Assembly (NCBI RefSeq): GCF_046119375.1
Contig: NW_027362765.1
Span: 485,708,001-485,772,000 of the forward strand
Reading direction: 5' to 3'
DNA: 64,000 bases
Source: Phyllobates terribilis
Taxonomy: Eukaryota
Shown in pieces: positions 11,345 to 23,400 of this stretch (position 1 is its first letter; every line of letters begins with the position of its first letter). The notes under the pieces were generated by a model that made no database searches, was not told the origin of the DNA, and was given only the letters and a program-made list of their open reading frames with translations. The translations under genes and the position numbers were made by a program.

Positions 11345-12655
11345 TACATCAGTTGAAAACACGTGTAAGAGAGCATGTGCTGGGGATTGAGGCGACGCTT
11401 GGCCACGTGGATATATCAACGTTGAAGACCATCCCACGCCACTTTAAATTACATCACAACTGTGACTCCACTGCACTAAGGTTAAAGGGTATAGATAGCA
11501 TTGAGGTAGGAATACGAGGCAGCCCTGTCTCATAAAAATTAGCCCAGCTTGAATCCAGGTGGATATGGGTCTTAAAGACTTTGCACCCTAAGGGGCTTAA
11601 TGAGATTAGCTTTGTCCTATTTTTGTAGTCTCCGGTTTGCTTGTGGGCCACTGTACATCTGGACTATAATGAATAAAATATTTTATTATTTGTATTGTTT
11701 ATAGGTTGTATTTTTATTATGTTTTAATTTCTTGTATATTGGCTCCTTACTAGATTTGCTGTGATATGCACTGATCTATCATCGGTTGTCAGTGACTGTT
11801 TTATTGAGTTTACTGGATCTATTATTTCGGACTTTTCAACACCTATTGTCAAGAAGTGATCTTTTTGGGCTCTGAAATTCCATGGGCGGAGCAATCATAT
11901 GAACCACCGGATAGAGCAAAGAGTGGAGTGAAAAATATATATATGCACATTGCCTATTACATGTCTGGTTGCCATGCTAATCCTATATGCTTTGGAGAAT
12001 ATGTATTGAAATGAGTGTTATTATTATTTATTATTATCTTTCTGTAATATTGCAGTATATTTACTTATTGAATATTGATACATTGGTTATTATCATTTAT
12101 TTCTGTATGACATTTCGTTATACTTACCTAGTATGGTAATCATATTGGTATTATACATGTGATATATGTGATGTGGTAAAATGTGAAGTCTAGCTCAAAA
12201 AGTATATGATCTATTATATGCCATACTTAGACATTGGTGGCAAATTGGTTGTGCGTCCAGAGATATATCCATTTTTTGATATGTAATCTGCTGCCTTGCC
12301 AGTACGCGGTTGCTCCGCTGTCCTGATGTGTCCATCGGCCTTTGACATCTCCTTGATGCCGACGCCACTGTGCGCCTCGATTACGGCGGTCCAACCGCGT
12401 CATACAGGCTTTAGGCATGCAGACGAAGTCTGTGTCCATAGTAACGGGAGATCTGATACTTCCAGCCATGTGACCATTTGATCATGTGATGCTCTTCCAT
12501 GGTAACTGGGATGCGCTGTCCATGTCCGATGATCAGGTGATATTATTGAGCACGCTTATGGGCACTTCCGGTGTGCTGGTGATGCATGCACGCACTTTAT
12601 GGCTTTTTTCGTTAGCACACAGTATATAAAGGTGGGTGGTTGATATACATATGTA

Positions 12656-12693
12656 CCCCTTGATAAAGGTTTCTACCGAAGCGCGCGTCGGGG
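12656..12693 (+). ncRNA. Degenerate minimal hammerhead-ribozyme motif in the Penelope 3' region
   Basis: CCCC-TTGATAA-A-GGT-TTCT-ACC-GAAG-CGCGCG-TC-GGGG follows the PLE layout: stem I / CUGANGA / stem II / GAAA / palindromic stem III / UH / stem I. The core carries substitutions. Confidence 0.65.
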
Positions 12694-13733
12694 CGACGTG
12701 TACAGCGGTGCCGAGCTGCCAGTGGCCATCCAGGTAATTACTGTATCAATATACTCCATAAATGCCTGGTGCATGTTTTGAATATTAGCATATCCAGTAT
12801 GAGACTTGTGAATCCCAGATGGCATGACTCTATATATGAGAGCTAATGGTATCATGAGAGTACTATGTCTATGCACTTTGCGATATATGGATCATGAATG
12901 TTGATAATTCTCTCTGAATCTCTCTTAGTCATAAATAAATTCTCTATACATTGCTGAATAGGCTAGCTACGTGTTGCCGCTGTGTCACATGTTTTTATAG
13001 TTGTATTATTGTCCTCCGCATCATGTTCCTTCACTGTGGACTGCCTGTATATATATGAAATCTACATTTATGTGTTAAATAAAAAATAGTTTGTACAATT
13101 TCTAAATGGACTCTAGTGGCCGTCACTTTTTTTCTGCTATCCCGACTCCCCACTATTATGTACATGATGGTCCGTCCGAGTTTTAGGTCATTTTGGCAGT
13201 AGTATGGATTCAGTTGGACCATATATAGTTGTATTCTGTTTACTGCTTTGTTTTTTCAGCCATTCATTTTTTATGAAATTTGCAAGACCAAATAGTCTTT
13301 TATGTTGAGAATAGCAATGTAGCTGTAAAAATTGGTTGCCAAATAGTTGATCCATAAGAGATCCAATTTTTTTTGCACTGCCACAGACTTGAATGGGTGA
13401 GCCTCATCCGACATGCTGAAGAAACTAGCGCATGCTGTGATTTTTTCCACCTGAGCATTCATTACGTGTGAAAAAAACAGTCATCTGATAAGCCCTATTG
13501 AATAACAATGGTAGTGCAATCCGTTTTCTTCCACAGACTACTCCCCTTGTGTAAAGTAGCCTAATGAATAGGAGAAGCTTTGCAATTTATCAATCTTTTC
13601 ATACAAGAAAGTCACTGATATTAAAAACGTACACATTGACCAATCACTAATGAAAATTCATTCAAAAACACTGATAAGTCTCAGACTGTTTTGGCATACC
13701 AGAAAAATCATTGACTTCTGAATGAGTACTTAA

Positions 13734-14264
13734 GAGGACGTGTCATGTGCTCAAAAAGATAAAATATCTTGTAAAAATCCCTGAGCTGCCCTCATTCTGA
13801 TGCTCTTTTCCGTTTTGTGCTACTTCCCTCCATTGCAGAGATATTCACATTTGTTTCTTCTGGAGCTCCGCATGTGAAATCTCTGCTTGTGATGCAATGG
13901 CGTTTTTTTGTTATTGTTTTTTTCAGTTTTCTCTGGGGATCTGCCCTTTCACCCCTCCTTCCCAGATGCTGACAATCACAGCTTGGTAGCACTTTATCAT
14001 GCTGCAAGATCAGATGCCCAGCTGTTATTGACAGCTTCTGGGAGTGGGAATGAAACCGCACACCCCCAGAGAAGACTCTGAAGAAACGCCCAGTTGCAAT
14101 AAAAGTAGAGAATTCACATAGTGTGCTTCAGAAGAAACAAATGTGAATTATCTCTGCAATGGAACTACGTAGCATGAAACGGAAAAGAGCGGAAGAATCA
14201 GGGGAGCTTGGGGATTTTTTTTAAGGTATTCAACGCAATATTTTTGGAAAGTGACAGGTCCTCT
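13734..14264. mobile_element. T2/Kolobok-type MITE, TTAA target
   Basis: TTAA|GAGGACGTGTCA ... TGACAGGTCCTCT|TTAA. Confidence 0.75.
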
Positions 14265-14521
14265 TTAAGTTTTTTTTTTTTTTAAAACGCAACGTGTGGA
14301 AAAATTAAAAAAACACTGGGAAAATGTCCAATTTCTATTGTAATTTTTGCAATTGATGCCATATGGATGATGTCTAATAGCATGCTTTTTAAGCGTTTCT
14401 TGAGTTTAATATGCAAATTTCTGAAGCTGACGCAGTTACTACATGCTGTGTTTTTATTCCATGTGAACATTCAGTCCTTGAGAAAAAAAACGGTAATTCT
14501 ATGAGTCTATTAACTTTGGTC

Positions 14522-14822
14522 CAGGTCTGTAGAGTCAGAGTCGTGGAGTCGGTATAAAATGGACCGACTCCTAAAATATATAATAAATTGGGTTCATTAA
14601 TACAATACAGGATGTGCTGTAAATGTTTTCATAAGAATTTGGGAAAGTTATGAAATGTCCTATAAATGTCTGTTCTGTTCCTGAGCTAAGGATCTGGGCT
14701 TTTGGCTGAGATGAATCTGTGCTGCACTTTATGTACATGCTCAGTAGTGAGGCAGGGCTGTGGAGTTGGGAGTCAGGGAAATTGAGGAATCGGAGGTTTG
14801 GCTTACTGACTCCACAGCCCTG
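14522..14822. mobile_element. hAT-type MITE (GGAGTC-rich termini)
   Basis: CAGGTCTGTAGAGTC ... GACTCCACAGCCCTG with 8-bp TSD CTTTGGTC/CTTTGATC. A related copy lies at 51673-52008. Confidence 0.75.
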
Positions 14823-16061
14823 CTTTGATCTGTGTCCTGTTTTGCATATGGATAGAACAAGTAGTGAAGAAACTGTCGTCTGAATGAGGCCTCGAGAAAT
14901 CTTATGACCTAGGAGCATAAAACGGTGGAGACAATGCAGATTTGGTATTACAGGTGGTATTCACTTAAATGGGGCAAAGCTTCCATACCAAGCACCAGTC
15001 TTATATTGATGGCATAGATTTTAAAAACCTAGCTAACCCCTTTAGCGTATCTTAACACACAGTAAATTTGTTGCAGAAATTTCTGCGACTGTTTGATTCA
15101 TTTGAATGTTGCTTGTAGAAATTCCCGAGGAGAATATATTAAGGGCTTCCCTACAATTTTCTGTTGTAAGAAAATCGCACATTTTGGTGCAATGATTTTG
15201 AGATTATCTGTTTGCGATCTTTCTCTTCCCCAATCACTTTTCCAAAGTAACAGGAGACTGGAGCAGGGCTTAGCAGAGAGGGCGATAGTGGGGGATATTG
15301 GGGTGCCAATTTTCCATATGTGCTCTAACAGCATACCGGTGAAGCCGCTATGACACTGGGCTGGCTATGCTTCAACAACTAGTCCACTCTTCATGTATAT
15401 TCTGCAGGTAGTTAACAATAGTCCAGCTCCAATGCCTTCTTAGGTATAAGGGTATATTCACACGAGGCAGATTTGTCCCATCTCCTGCTGCAGACACTGC
15501 ACCCACTCACATGTATGGAATGTATTTTTTGCCTCTTTCATATCGTAGATTTGGTCACTATTTTGCAACCATATTATGCTCGTCTGACATTGGCCTTACA
15601 CACGGCAACGCACACAATGTATATGCACACAGTACTCTGGGAACTCCCGGATGCTGGGTTCCTTTACTTATCGGCAAGGTAAATATTGCACCATAGACAT
15701 GTAGCTACTGGGAATTAATGAGGCATTAAACTATCACATTGCCGTCGCTTACAGGAAGTTAAACAGGCATTTATGCTTCTAGGGGCTGACATAACGTCAA
15801 GCATTGGGCAAACTATCAATCCATTGGCAGTTCTCCCTCTCGAACAGGCTTGGTTGAGCCTGTACTCAATGGGGAGAGAGGAAACCTCTCATCTCCTGTG
15901 ATCTCAAAGGATCGGGTATATTGACGACATCTGTCTGCCTGCTGAGAAAAATCTCCCCCGAACACAAGGTTAGCTGGTCTCGCAGGAATCGCTGGGTTTG
16001 GAAAATGTTATTTAAAGGGTATGGTCACAAAAGGGTTTTTATCTCTAAATACATCTGAAGG

Positions 16062-16618
16062 TGTCACGCAAGGTGTGTGAAAGACTTAGTGCAATACAAA
16101 GGGAAGAGGGAAAGGGAGCCCAGACTCTAGGGAAAGGGGGGAGTGGAGACGTCCTAGGCTGATCTAATATCACCTTGTCTCCACTAACGTCCCTGTATTG
16201 GCTCTTCCCCAATCGCCGCACGCGAACCTCGCCCTGTCTTTCCCTGGGGTTGGGCCCTGGAAGGGAGGGGAATGAGTGCTAGTCAATCCCCATTCACCAC
16301 TAAAGACAACAAGGGGGAACAAACAAGGGAAGATAGCTTAGCTTTTAGTTGACTTCAGAGAGATAAACGCCTGTCCTCATAGCTCAGAGAGGATGAAGTA
16401 ATGCACTTGCTCCAATACTTCACAAAGGGTAATTTGAGTATCACCGGCACCTCCCTCTAGCAGACAGCAGGTATTTATACACCCAGGCCAGGGTGTTAAT
16501 TAACCAGAGGAAGGTAGCCGCTGGGTCCTAGAGAGACAACCTCTAAGAAGGTGTCTGCAATGCCAAACGTAGAGACTCCTACAACCAACTGCAGGGAGAC
16601 TGTCTGTCACTTCTGACA
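16062..16618. mobile_element. Probable solo LTR or LTR fragment
   Basis: TGTCACG start, purine-rich AGGGAAAGGGAGCCC block and ...TGACA end. No matching TSD was found. Confidence 0.4.
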
Positions 16619-18126
16619 CACCCGTATGTGCGCTAGAGACCACCGTTTACAAGAGCCAGGGTCCCAAGGTCTCCCATGTGACCTGAGTAGTGATTCACAT
16701 GACAGCCAGTCTGTCAAGTCCCATGGAAGTGAGCTGAGCATACGAAACCATGTTCTTGGGATCAGTACTGATCATACATTTATTACCAGTCCTATAAATA
16801 ATCAATTATATGTACACAGTGAGAAAAACCTCCACACAGATCAAGTTGATCATGAATTCAGAACCAATTGGATTTTTTGTTGCGGTTGCAGAATCACTTG
16901 CACTCTGCTGGATGCAGCAGCGCTATGAAGCGATCTTTGGCCACACAAATTCTGTCACAGTCACGGTGTACGCCTAACAGGTGCAATACAAGACCTGCTA
17001 CCTGATGGACCAGTATAAACCCTGAGAACAATCTGAAAAATGTACACTGTCAGTTTGGTTTTCCTTTTACCAGTGGAAATGATTTAATAATAATAATAAA
17101 AAAAAAAATATAGAGGAATTGCACTTCATGCCATATGTTAATAATTTATGAAAAGTGCGTCCACACAAGAGAATCACAAAATAAGGAGTAGATGAAGAGT
17201 ATCATGACCGATCGGCTTAGGAACGCTCATTTCATGGTAATCTTTCAGTTGTTGAGGCTGACGATCACAAGATAAACGAGCAAAACCCTCGGTAATTGAG
17301 TGAATTGATCTTTTGTTCTGCACAAGGTCCACCGTTCTCGGTAGCACATCATCATGTGTAAATAGGACTCGAGCTGCCGAGAACAGTGGCAGCCTATGCA
17401 CACTGTGTTAACAGGCTGTAAAGACCGCCGAGCCATAAACAGGTTGCTGTTCAGCAGGCATTTCATACTGCGCATCGCACAATGTAAATTGACCCCTTAT
17501 GGATGCACAGTACAAATGTGGTTTTTTTTTTACAGATTGTGTCATTTTTGTTTCTGCATTGTATCTGTTATGTATTGTGTTCCTAGGAGCTCATTCAGAT
17601 GAGCATATAATAAAAAAAAAAAATCAGACAGCACAAGGACTAATGTTATTCAATAAGACTGTTCAGATCAGATGACAGTTTTTTAACAGAGACCTAGTGC
17701 CTGTGTGAAAAAAAAGACAAATTGCAGCATGTACTAGTCTTTTCCATATTTTTATAAAAAAAAGCCAGATCTGATAAGGATCATCTATATAGCATCTGTT
17801 TTTTATGGATTCATTATGAAACTAAGAAACCATTTGATCATGTACATTTTAAAAATGTTGATGTATAAATGCAGATGGCACACGGAAGTCACACGGACAT
17901 AAAAACAAACACGCGGATGTGATATGGATAACAATGTGGATGAAAATTGTTCATGTTTTTTTGAATGAAAATCTGTGAATCTTGATATGCTCATCTGACA
18001 CCGGCCTAATTGTCAGGTTCAATTACAGGTTCTAATTTTTGTTAAAGGGTTTGTGCAAAGTAAATACAAATCAGCCCAAATGTGCATATAACAATGCCGA
18101 AATAATAAGGATCTGGAATACTCTTA

Positions 18127-19698
18127 CAGTGAAGGAAATAATTATTTGATCCCTTGCTGTTTTTGTAAGTTTGCCCACTGACAAAGACACGAACAGTCTA
18201 TAATTTTAAGGGTAGGTTAATTTTAACATTGAGAGATAGAATATCCAAAAAAAAATCAAGAAAATCACATTGTATACATTAGATTTTGCATTTTGCAGTG
18301 AGAAATAAGTATTTGATCCCCTACAAACCATTATGAGTTCTGGCTCCTACAGACCAGTTATACGCTCCTAATCAACTCGTTACCGGCATTAAAGACAGAT
18401 GTCTCACATAGTCACCTGTATAAAAGACTCCTGTCCACAGACTCAATTAATCAGTCAGACTCTAACCTCTACAACATGGGCAAGACCAAAGAGCTTTCTA
18501 AGGATGTCAGGGACAAGATCATAGACCTGCACAAAGCTGGAATGGGCTACAAAACCATAAGTAAGACGCTGGGTGAGAAGGAGACAACTGTTGGTGCAAT
18601 AGTAAGAACATGGAAGAAATACAAAATGACTGTCAATCGACATCAATCTGGGGCACCATGCAAAATCTCACATTGTCGGTATCCTTGATCATGAGGAGAT
18701 CAGCCTAAAACTACATGGGGGGAACTTGTTAATGATCTCAAGGCAGCTGTGCCCACAGTCACCAAGAAAATCATTGGTAACACATTACACCTTAAAGGTT
18801 TAAAAACCTACAGTGCCCGCAAGGTCCCCCTGCTCAAGAAGGCACATGTGCAGGAACGTCTGAAGTTTGCCAATGAACACCTGGATGATTCCGTAAGTTA
18901 TTGGGAGAAGGTGCTGTGGTCAGATGAGACAAAAATTGAGCTCTTTGGCATTAACTCAACTTGCCATGTTTGGAGGAAGAAGAAGTATGAGTACAACCCT
19001 AAGAACATCGTCCCAATTTTGAAGCATGGTGGGAGAAACATTATACTTTGGGGATACTTTTCTGCAAAGGGGACATGACGACTGCATCGAACTGAAAGGA
19101 AGATGGATGGAGTCATGTATAGTGAGATTTTGGCCAACAACCTCCTTCCCTCAGTAAGAGCATTGAAGATGGGTCGTAGCTGGGTCTTCCAGCAAGACAA
19201 TGACCCAAAACATATAGCCAAGCCAACAAAGGAGTGGCTCAAAAAAAAGCACAGTAAAGTCATGGAGTGTCCTAGCCAGTCTCCAGACCTTAATCCCAGA
19301 GAAAACTTATGGAGGGAGTTGAAGCTCCGAGTTGCCAAGCGACAGCCTCAAAATATGAATGATTTAGAGATGATCTGCGAAGAGGAGTGGACCAAAATTC
19401 CTCCTGACATGTGCGCAACCCTCATCATCAACTACAAAAAGCGTCTGACTGCTGTGCTTGCCAACAAGGGTTTTGCCACCAAGTATTAAGTGTTGTTTGC
19501 CAGAGGGATCAAATACTTATTTGTCACTGAAAAATAATTATCTAATTTATACAATGTGATTTTCTTGATTTTTTTTTTTTAGATATTCTATCTCTCAATG
19601 TTAAAATTAACCTACCCTTAAAATTATAGACTGTTCATGTCTGTCAGTGGGCAAACTTCCCAAAACAGCAAGGGATCAAATACTTATTTCCCCCACTG
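18127..19698 (+). mobile_element. Tc1-family transposon with about 200-bp IR/DR-type TIRs, TA TSD
   Basis: TA|CAGTGAAGGAAATAATTATTTGATCCC ... GGGATCAAATACTTATTTCCCCCACTG|TA. Each TIR carries outer and inner copies of AAATAAGTATTTGATCCC. Confidence 0.95.
18476..19489 (+). pseudogene. Tc1 DD34E transposase, disrupted
   Basis: [22 protein letters not shown]..., [39 protein letters not shown]. Frameshift/deletion near 18680 and in-frame TGA at 19076. Confidence 0.93.
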
Positions 19699-19988
19699 TA
19701 TGTGAACAAGACCTATAGCAGGTATAATATGCAGGGTATCTAAGCGAAGCCCGACACGGACTCAGATAATAATGAGGTGGTACATAGGATTTAGTGGTGA
19801 TTGAGAAGTGGGAGACCTAGCAAGGGAAAGCGCCCCGTCTGCAGCGACAACATGCAGAAACAAATGTGAGGACAGCTGCATACATGACAGTGTGATGTGC
19901 AACAAAGGAGGAATGCAGCCATCAGCTAGTGACTGGTCTCCGCTCTCCTAGATGTAAGTGAACCCTGTAATTACAGCACAAGCACAAC

Positions 19989-20155
19989 CAAGGGTTGGCA
20001 TATCATTAGTGCAGCCACACAGGGGCCCAAGAAGTAAGGGGGTCCACTTGTACCTCCCAAGCAGGTGGAATTGTGCATTATGATGAGTTATTCAATTGCA
20101 AAGGTCCCATATATTGTTCTTGTGCACAGGCCCTTTTCTGTCTGTGCCGGCACTG
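19989..20155. mobile_element. Small hAT-type MITE
   Basis: Reverse-complement match to 61343-61518; imperfect 8-bp TSD AGCACAAC/GACACAAC. Confidence 0.55.
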
Positions 20156-20520
20156 GACACAACAGTGGTGTAAATACAGAATTAATAATCGCTAACTTTC
20201 TAGTGTACACCCCCATCCTCCTCCTGCCTCTGTGCAGGGTCAACATGGGAGGAGTTGTGTAAAGCTGGCCATACACATTAGATGGCTGTCAGCTGAAAAA
20301 TGCTTTGGTTGATCGTTCAGCCGACGGCTATCTCCGCTGACTCTCCCAAACTCATGAGCACTCGCTCGGCCAAGCACCCCCGAGTTCTCAATGAGAAAGC
20401 CGTCAACTGACACATCAGCCAGTGGCTAATCTCTGGGAGAACAATGCCATCGGTGGTTGGGATATGAGCGATCGACATCTCTCCAGATCATCAGTCAGCC
20501 GGTGCCCATACACATTACAC

Positions 20521-20999
20521 CATACATGTCAAACTCTGGCCTGTGGGCCAAATCTGGCCCGCATGGTGGTTTTATTTGGCCAGCGATACCAGAACCACCA
20601 CCCCTATGTATGACCATTATTCTGTATTGAGCACTATGTGGGGCCGTTATACTGTATGGGGGACTATGTGGGGCCATTACTCTGTATGGAGGACTATGTG
20701 GGGCCATTACTCTGTATGGAGGACTATGTGGGGCCATTACTCTGTATGGAGGACTATGTGGGGCCATTACTCTGTATGGAGGACTATGTGGGGCCATTAC
20801 TCTGTATGGAGGACTATGTGGGGCCATTACTCTGTATGGAGGACTATGTGGGGCCATTACTCTGTATGGAGGACTATGTGGGGCCATTACTCTGTATGGA
20901 TGACTTTGTGGAGCCCATTATACTGTATACTGGTTGGCCCGCGTCTTTGTCCAAGTTTTTCATTTTGACCCTCTGTGTGATATGAGTTTGACATCCCTG
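20521..20999. mobile_element. hAT (Charlie-like) MITE carrying a 30-bp minisatellite
   Basis: CATACATGTCAAAC ... GTTTGACATCCCTG, TSD CATTACAC/CATTAGAC. About 9 near-identical units GGGGCCATTACTCTGTATGGAGGACTATGT at 20630-20900. Confidence 0.8.
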
Positions 21000-21634
21000 C
21001 ATTAGACCGTCAGCTGAAACAGTTGTGGAGGCCTTAATGCTTGAAGCACAGTGTGTCCGTGCACTTAGCATATCGTATATTTTGGGAGATAACCACAATG
21101 AATAATGAGTAATGTTCCCATAGATTCCCATTCACTAGACAGTAGTGTATTCGTTTGGGCTTTCATCTGGCCGGTATGAGTCAGCATACCATTTTACTTT
21201 ACTGTATAAGAAAGTGCAGCAGACTGTGTATTCATATACAGGGGCCACTGCAAAAGAAAATATACCATGCAATATACGGTTTTAATTTTTTCTTTACAAT
21301 GGTTCTGTACGGTAGACGGATGCCCGGGCATCCATCCTGATTGTGGCCACTGTCAGGCATATATGCTGCATGTACCTATAATAACAGGGATTTTGCTATA
21401 CGCTCCTTTATGCTGTAGAACCTACACATTTCTGTTACACTTCCTGCATGTGACATAACTGCAGAAAGGAGCAGGCACTTTGTAACCTGACTATAGTTAT
21501 GGCCACATTCAGGACCGATCTCCATAAGACCAGTTCAGATAACAGCATTTTTGGTCAGTGTGTAGTCAATGTGCCAATGCACAGGAGTGACTGTCATATG
21601 AATCGTCATTCAATCTTGAAGAATCTGATCTTAA

Positions 21635-23400
21635 AAAAAATCTGTCAGTAGAATCAACCTTCCTAAGCCGTCTGTATGGGCATGTAGGTGATAGGAAGCG
21701 GAATAAAATAACAACTTGATAGCTGTGATCTCATGTGTTATTCCAGAGGAAATGAGATGTTAAAATGAGCCGGACACTAATCTGCAAGGGAATCTGCCTC
21801 CAGAGATTATATTAAATGAAAGAGGTCGTTACCAGTGTGATGTGTAATGACTGACACTTTTTGCTGTCATAATCAAACACAGCTCTGCAGTGAAATCAGA
21901 GTTAACACAGTACAGCAGAAGTGACCTTTGTCTCATTACAAACATTTGCAGCAGCACTTGTCCTGTCATTGTGCTGGCAACTCTGCAGACTTGTGGCTGA
22001 TTATATCCAACACAATACAGCAGAGCTGAACCTTGTCTCATTGCAAACATATTTGCAGTCATGCTCTGCTGTATTGCCCCTCACCTCCATACCATACTGG
22101 CTGCCCGTGAGATGTAAGCTGAAACTCTGTGAGGGGACACCAGCAGTGCAAATGTGTTAGCACAACAGAAGTGAACTTTGTCTCATTACAGTGTTAGCTC
22201 TGCTGCACTGTGTTAGCTCTGCTGCACTGCAGCTCTGTGGGTCAGCATGAGAGCAAAGAGCGGACATTACACATCACACTGGTAACTCTACCTTTCATTT
22301 ATAATAATCTCTGGAGCAGATTCTCATGCAGATCAGAGTCCGGCCCATAGTCCTGAGCAGCGCATTTACATATAAGAAAAATGTGGATTTCTCTGGAATA
22401 AGGCTATGTGACCACGATGCAGAAATGCTGCATATTTTTTCCGCTTCTCCCTGGCAGGAAAAACGCATGCGGATTTTACATGCGTTTTTCCCGCCAGGTA
22501 GAAGCGTTTGTCAAGCGTTCTTCACATGCATTTCTGCATGTGGGTTATCAAGCGCTTTTCCAAGTGATTTTAGCATCACTTGGAAAAGTGCTTGACAACT
22601 TGGTCACACTATATAAATCCATGCAACCAGCATGGATTTATATAGTGTGACCAAGTAATAGTTAAAAAAAAGTATAAGAATGGTGAAAAATAAAAAATTA
22701 AAGATTATACTTGCATTCCGATGGCCCCTGGTCTCCTTCTCCGCTCAGTCCGGTCTCCCCGGTGTCTCGCAGTGGTGTGAAGGACCTGCGATGACGTCAT
22801 TGAGTCATGTGACCTGTCACATGACTCAATGACGTCATGTCAGATCCTCACACCACCGCGAGCCGCCCAGCACACCGCACGCATCGCTGAGGAGACCGGG
22901 GGCCATCAGAAGGTAAGTGTAATCTTTATTTTTTATTTTAAATTCTTTTTTTTACAGTTTTCTATGGTACCCAGGTCTGGATGAGAGTCTCCTCTTCTCC
23001 AGGCCTGGGTACCATCCGCACATTAAATCGCATGATATCCGCATGTGCACATGTAGTGATGTGGATATCAAGCATTTCAATGCAAGTCAATGGCGGCAAT
23101 TACGCTGCGTGTCCGCAAAATTAATGGACATGCTGTGTATTTTTCCGCAACGATAATCCACAGCGGAAATTTCCGCATGTGCACAGCACATGCGGATCAT
23201 TGGGGACCATGGGGCACGTATTACCAAGCGTTTAAGCGTTTTCACTGCAGAAATTCTGCGGCAAAAACGCTTGAAAAACGCATAGTGGGCACACAGCCTA
23301 AGACATCGGATCGCAGATATCAAGGTGTCATTGTATTCAGCTTCCTATGACCTACATGCCCTTATAGAGCGCTTAAGAGGGTTGATCCTACTGACAGATT
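21635..23400. mobile_element. Degenerate T2/Kolobok-type MITE hosting a Harbinger MITE
   Basis: Long subterminal IRs (ATCTGTCAGTAGAATCAACC...GGGCATGTAGG versus CCTACATGCCC...GGTTGATCCTACTGACAGAT). The extreme termini are eroded. Confidence 0.6.
22402..23298. mobile_element. Harbinger-type MITE, TAA TSD, nested
   Basis: TAA|GGCTATGTGACCACGATGC ... GCATAGTGGGCACACAGCC|TAA. The empty site CTGGAA-TAA-GAC is visible in the paralogous host copy at about 25955. Confidence 0.88.

Larger units (their letters stand above)
7473..11627 (+). pseudogene. Penelope RT/GIY-YIG endonuclease ORF remnant, split in three (7473-8193, 9649-9778, 11347-11627)
   Basis: In frame across both insertion sites once they are removed (..CPNIDHSTDFCDS.. 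and ..YIGMTIHQLKTRVREH..). Disabled by a frameshift near 7535, TGA at 8051 and TAA at 11533. Confidence 0.85.
7430..13150 (+). mobile_element. 5'-truncated Penelope-like retroelement (RT + GIY-YIG, Neptune-type Cys linker) interrupted by a Helitron and a Tc1
   Basis: RT motif remnant LLWARYNNDIFLIWQG at about 7485-7532 (YIDD decayed). RT C-terminus FLDVTI...FRKPT...LHALSSHP...GQFLCLRRICS...F..RGY-like in ORF 7490-8053. Linker CNSCGHCVAC at about 8153-8180, GIY-YIG VIYHATSPCGLNYIGMT at 9725-9775, and LKTRVREH...HF...E..WI..L.TL.PKGLNE at 11347-11610. An AT-rich 3' region follows; outer boundaries are approximate. Confidence 0.9.

Noticed and set aside
17249-17291. Plus-strand 43-nt exon candidate (VEADDHKINEQNPR)
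   Set aside because: Short pyrimidine tract, and its phase-2 end leads to a stop when chained with the 30075 and 32929 candidates.
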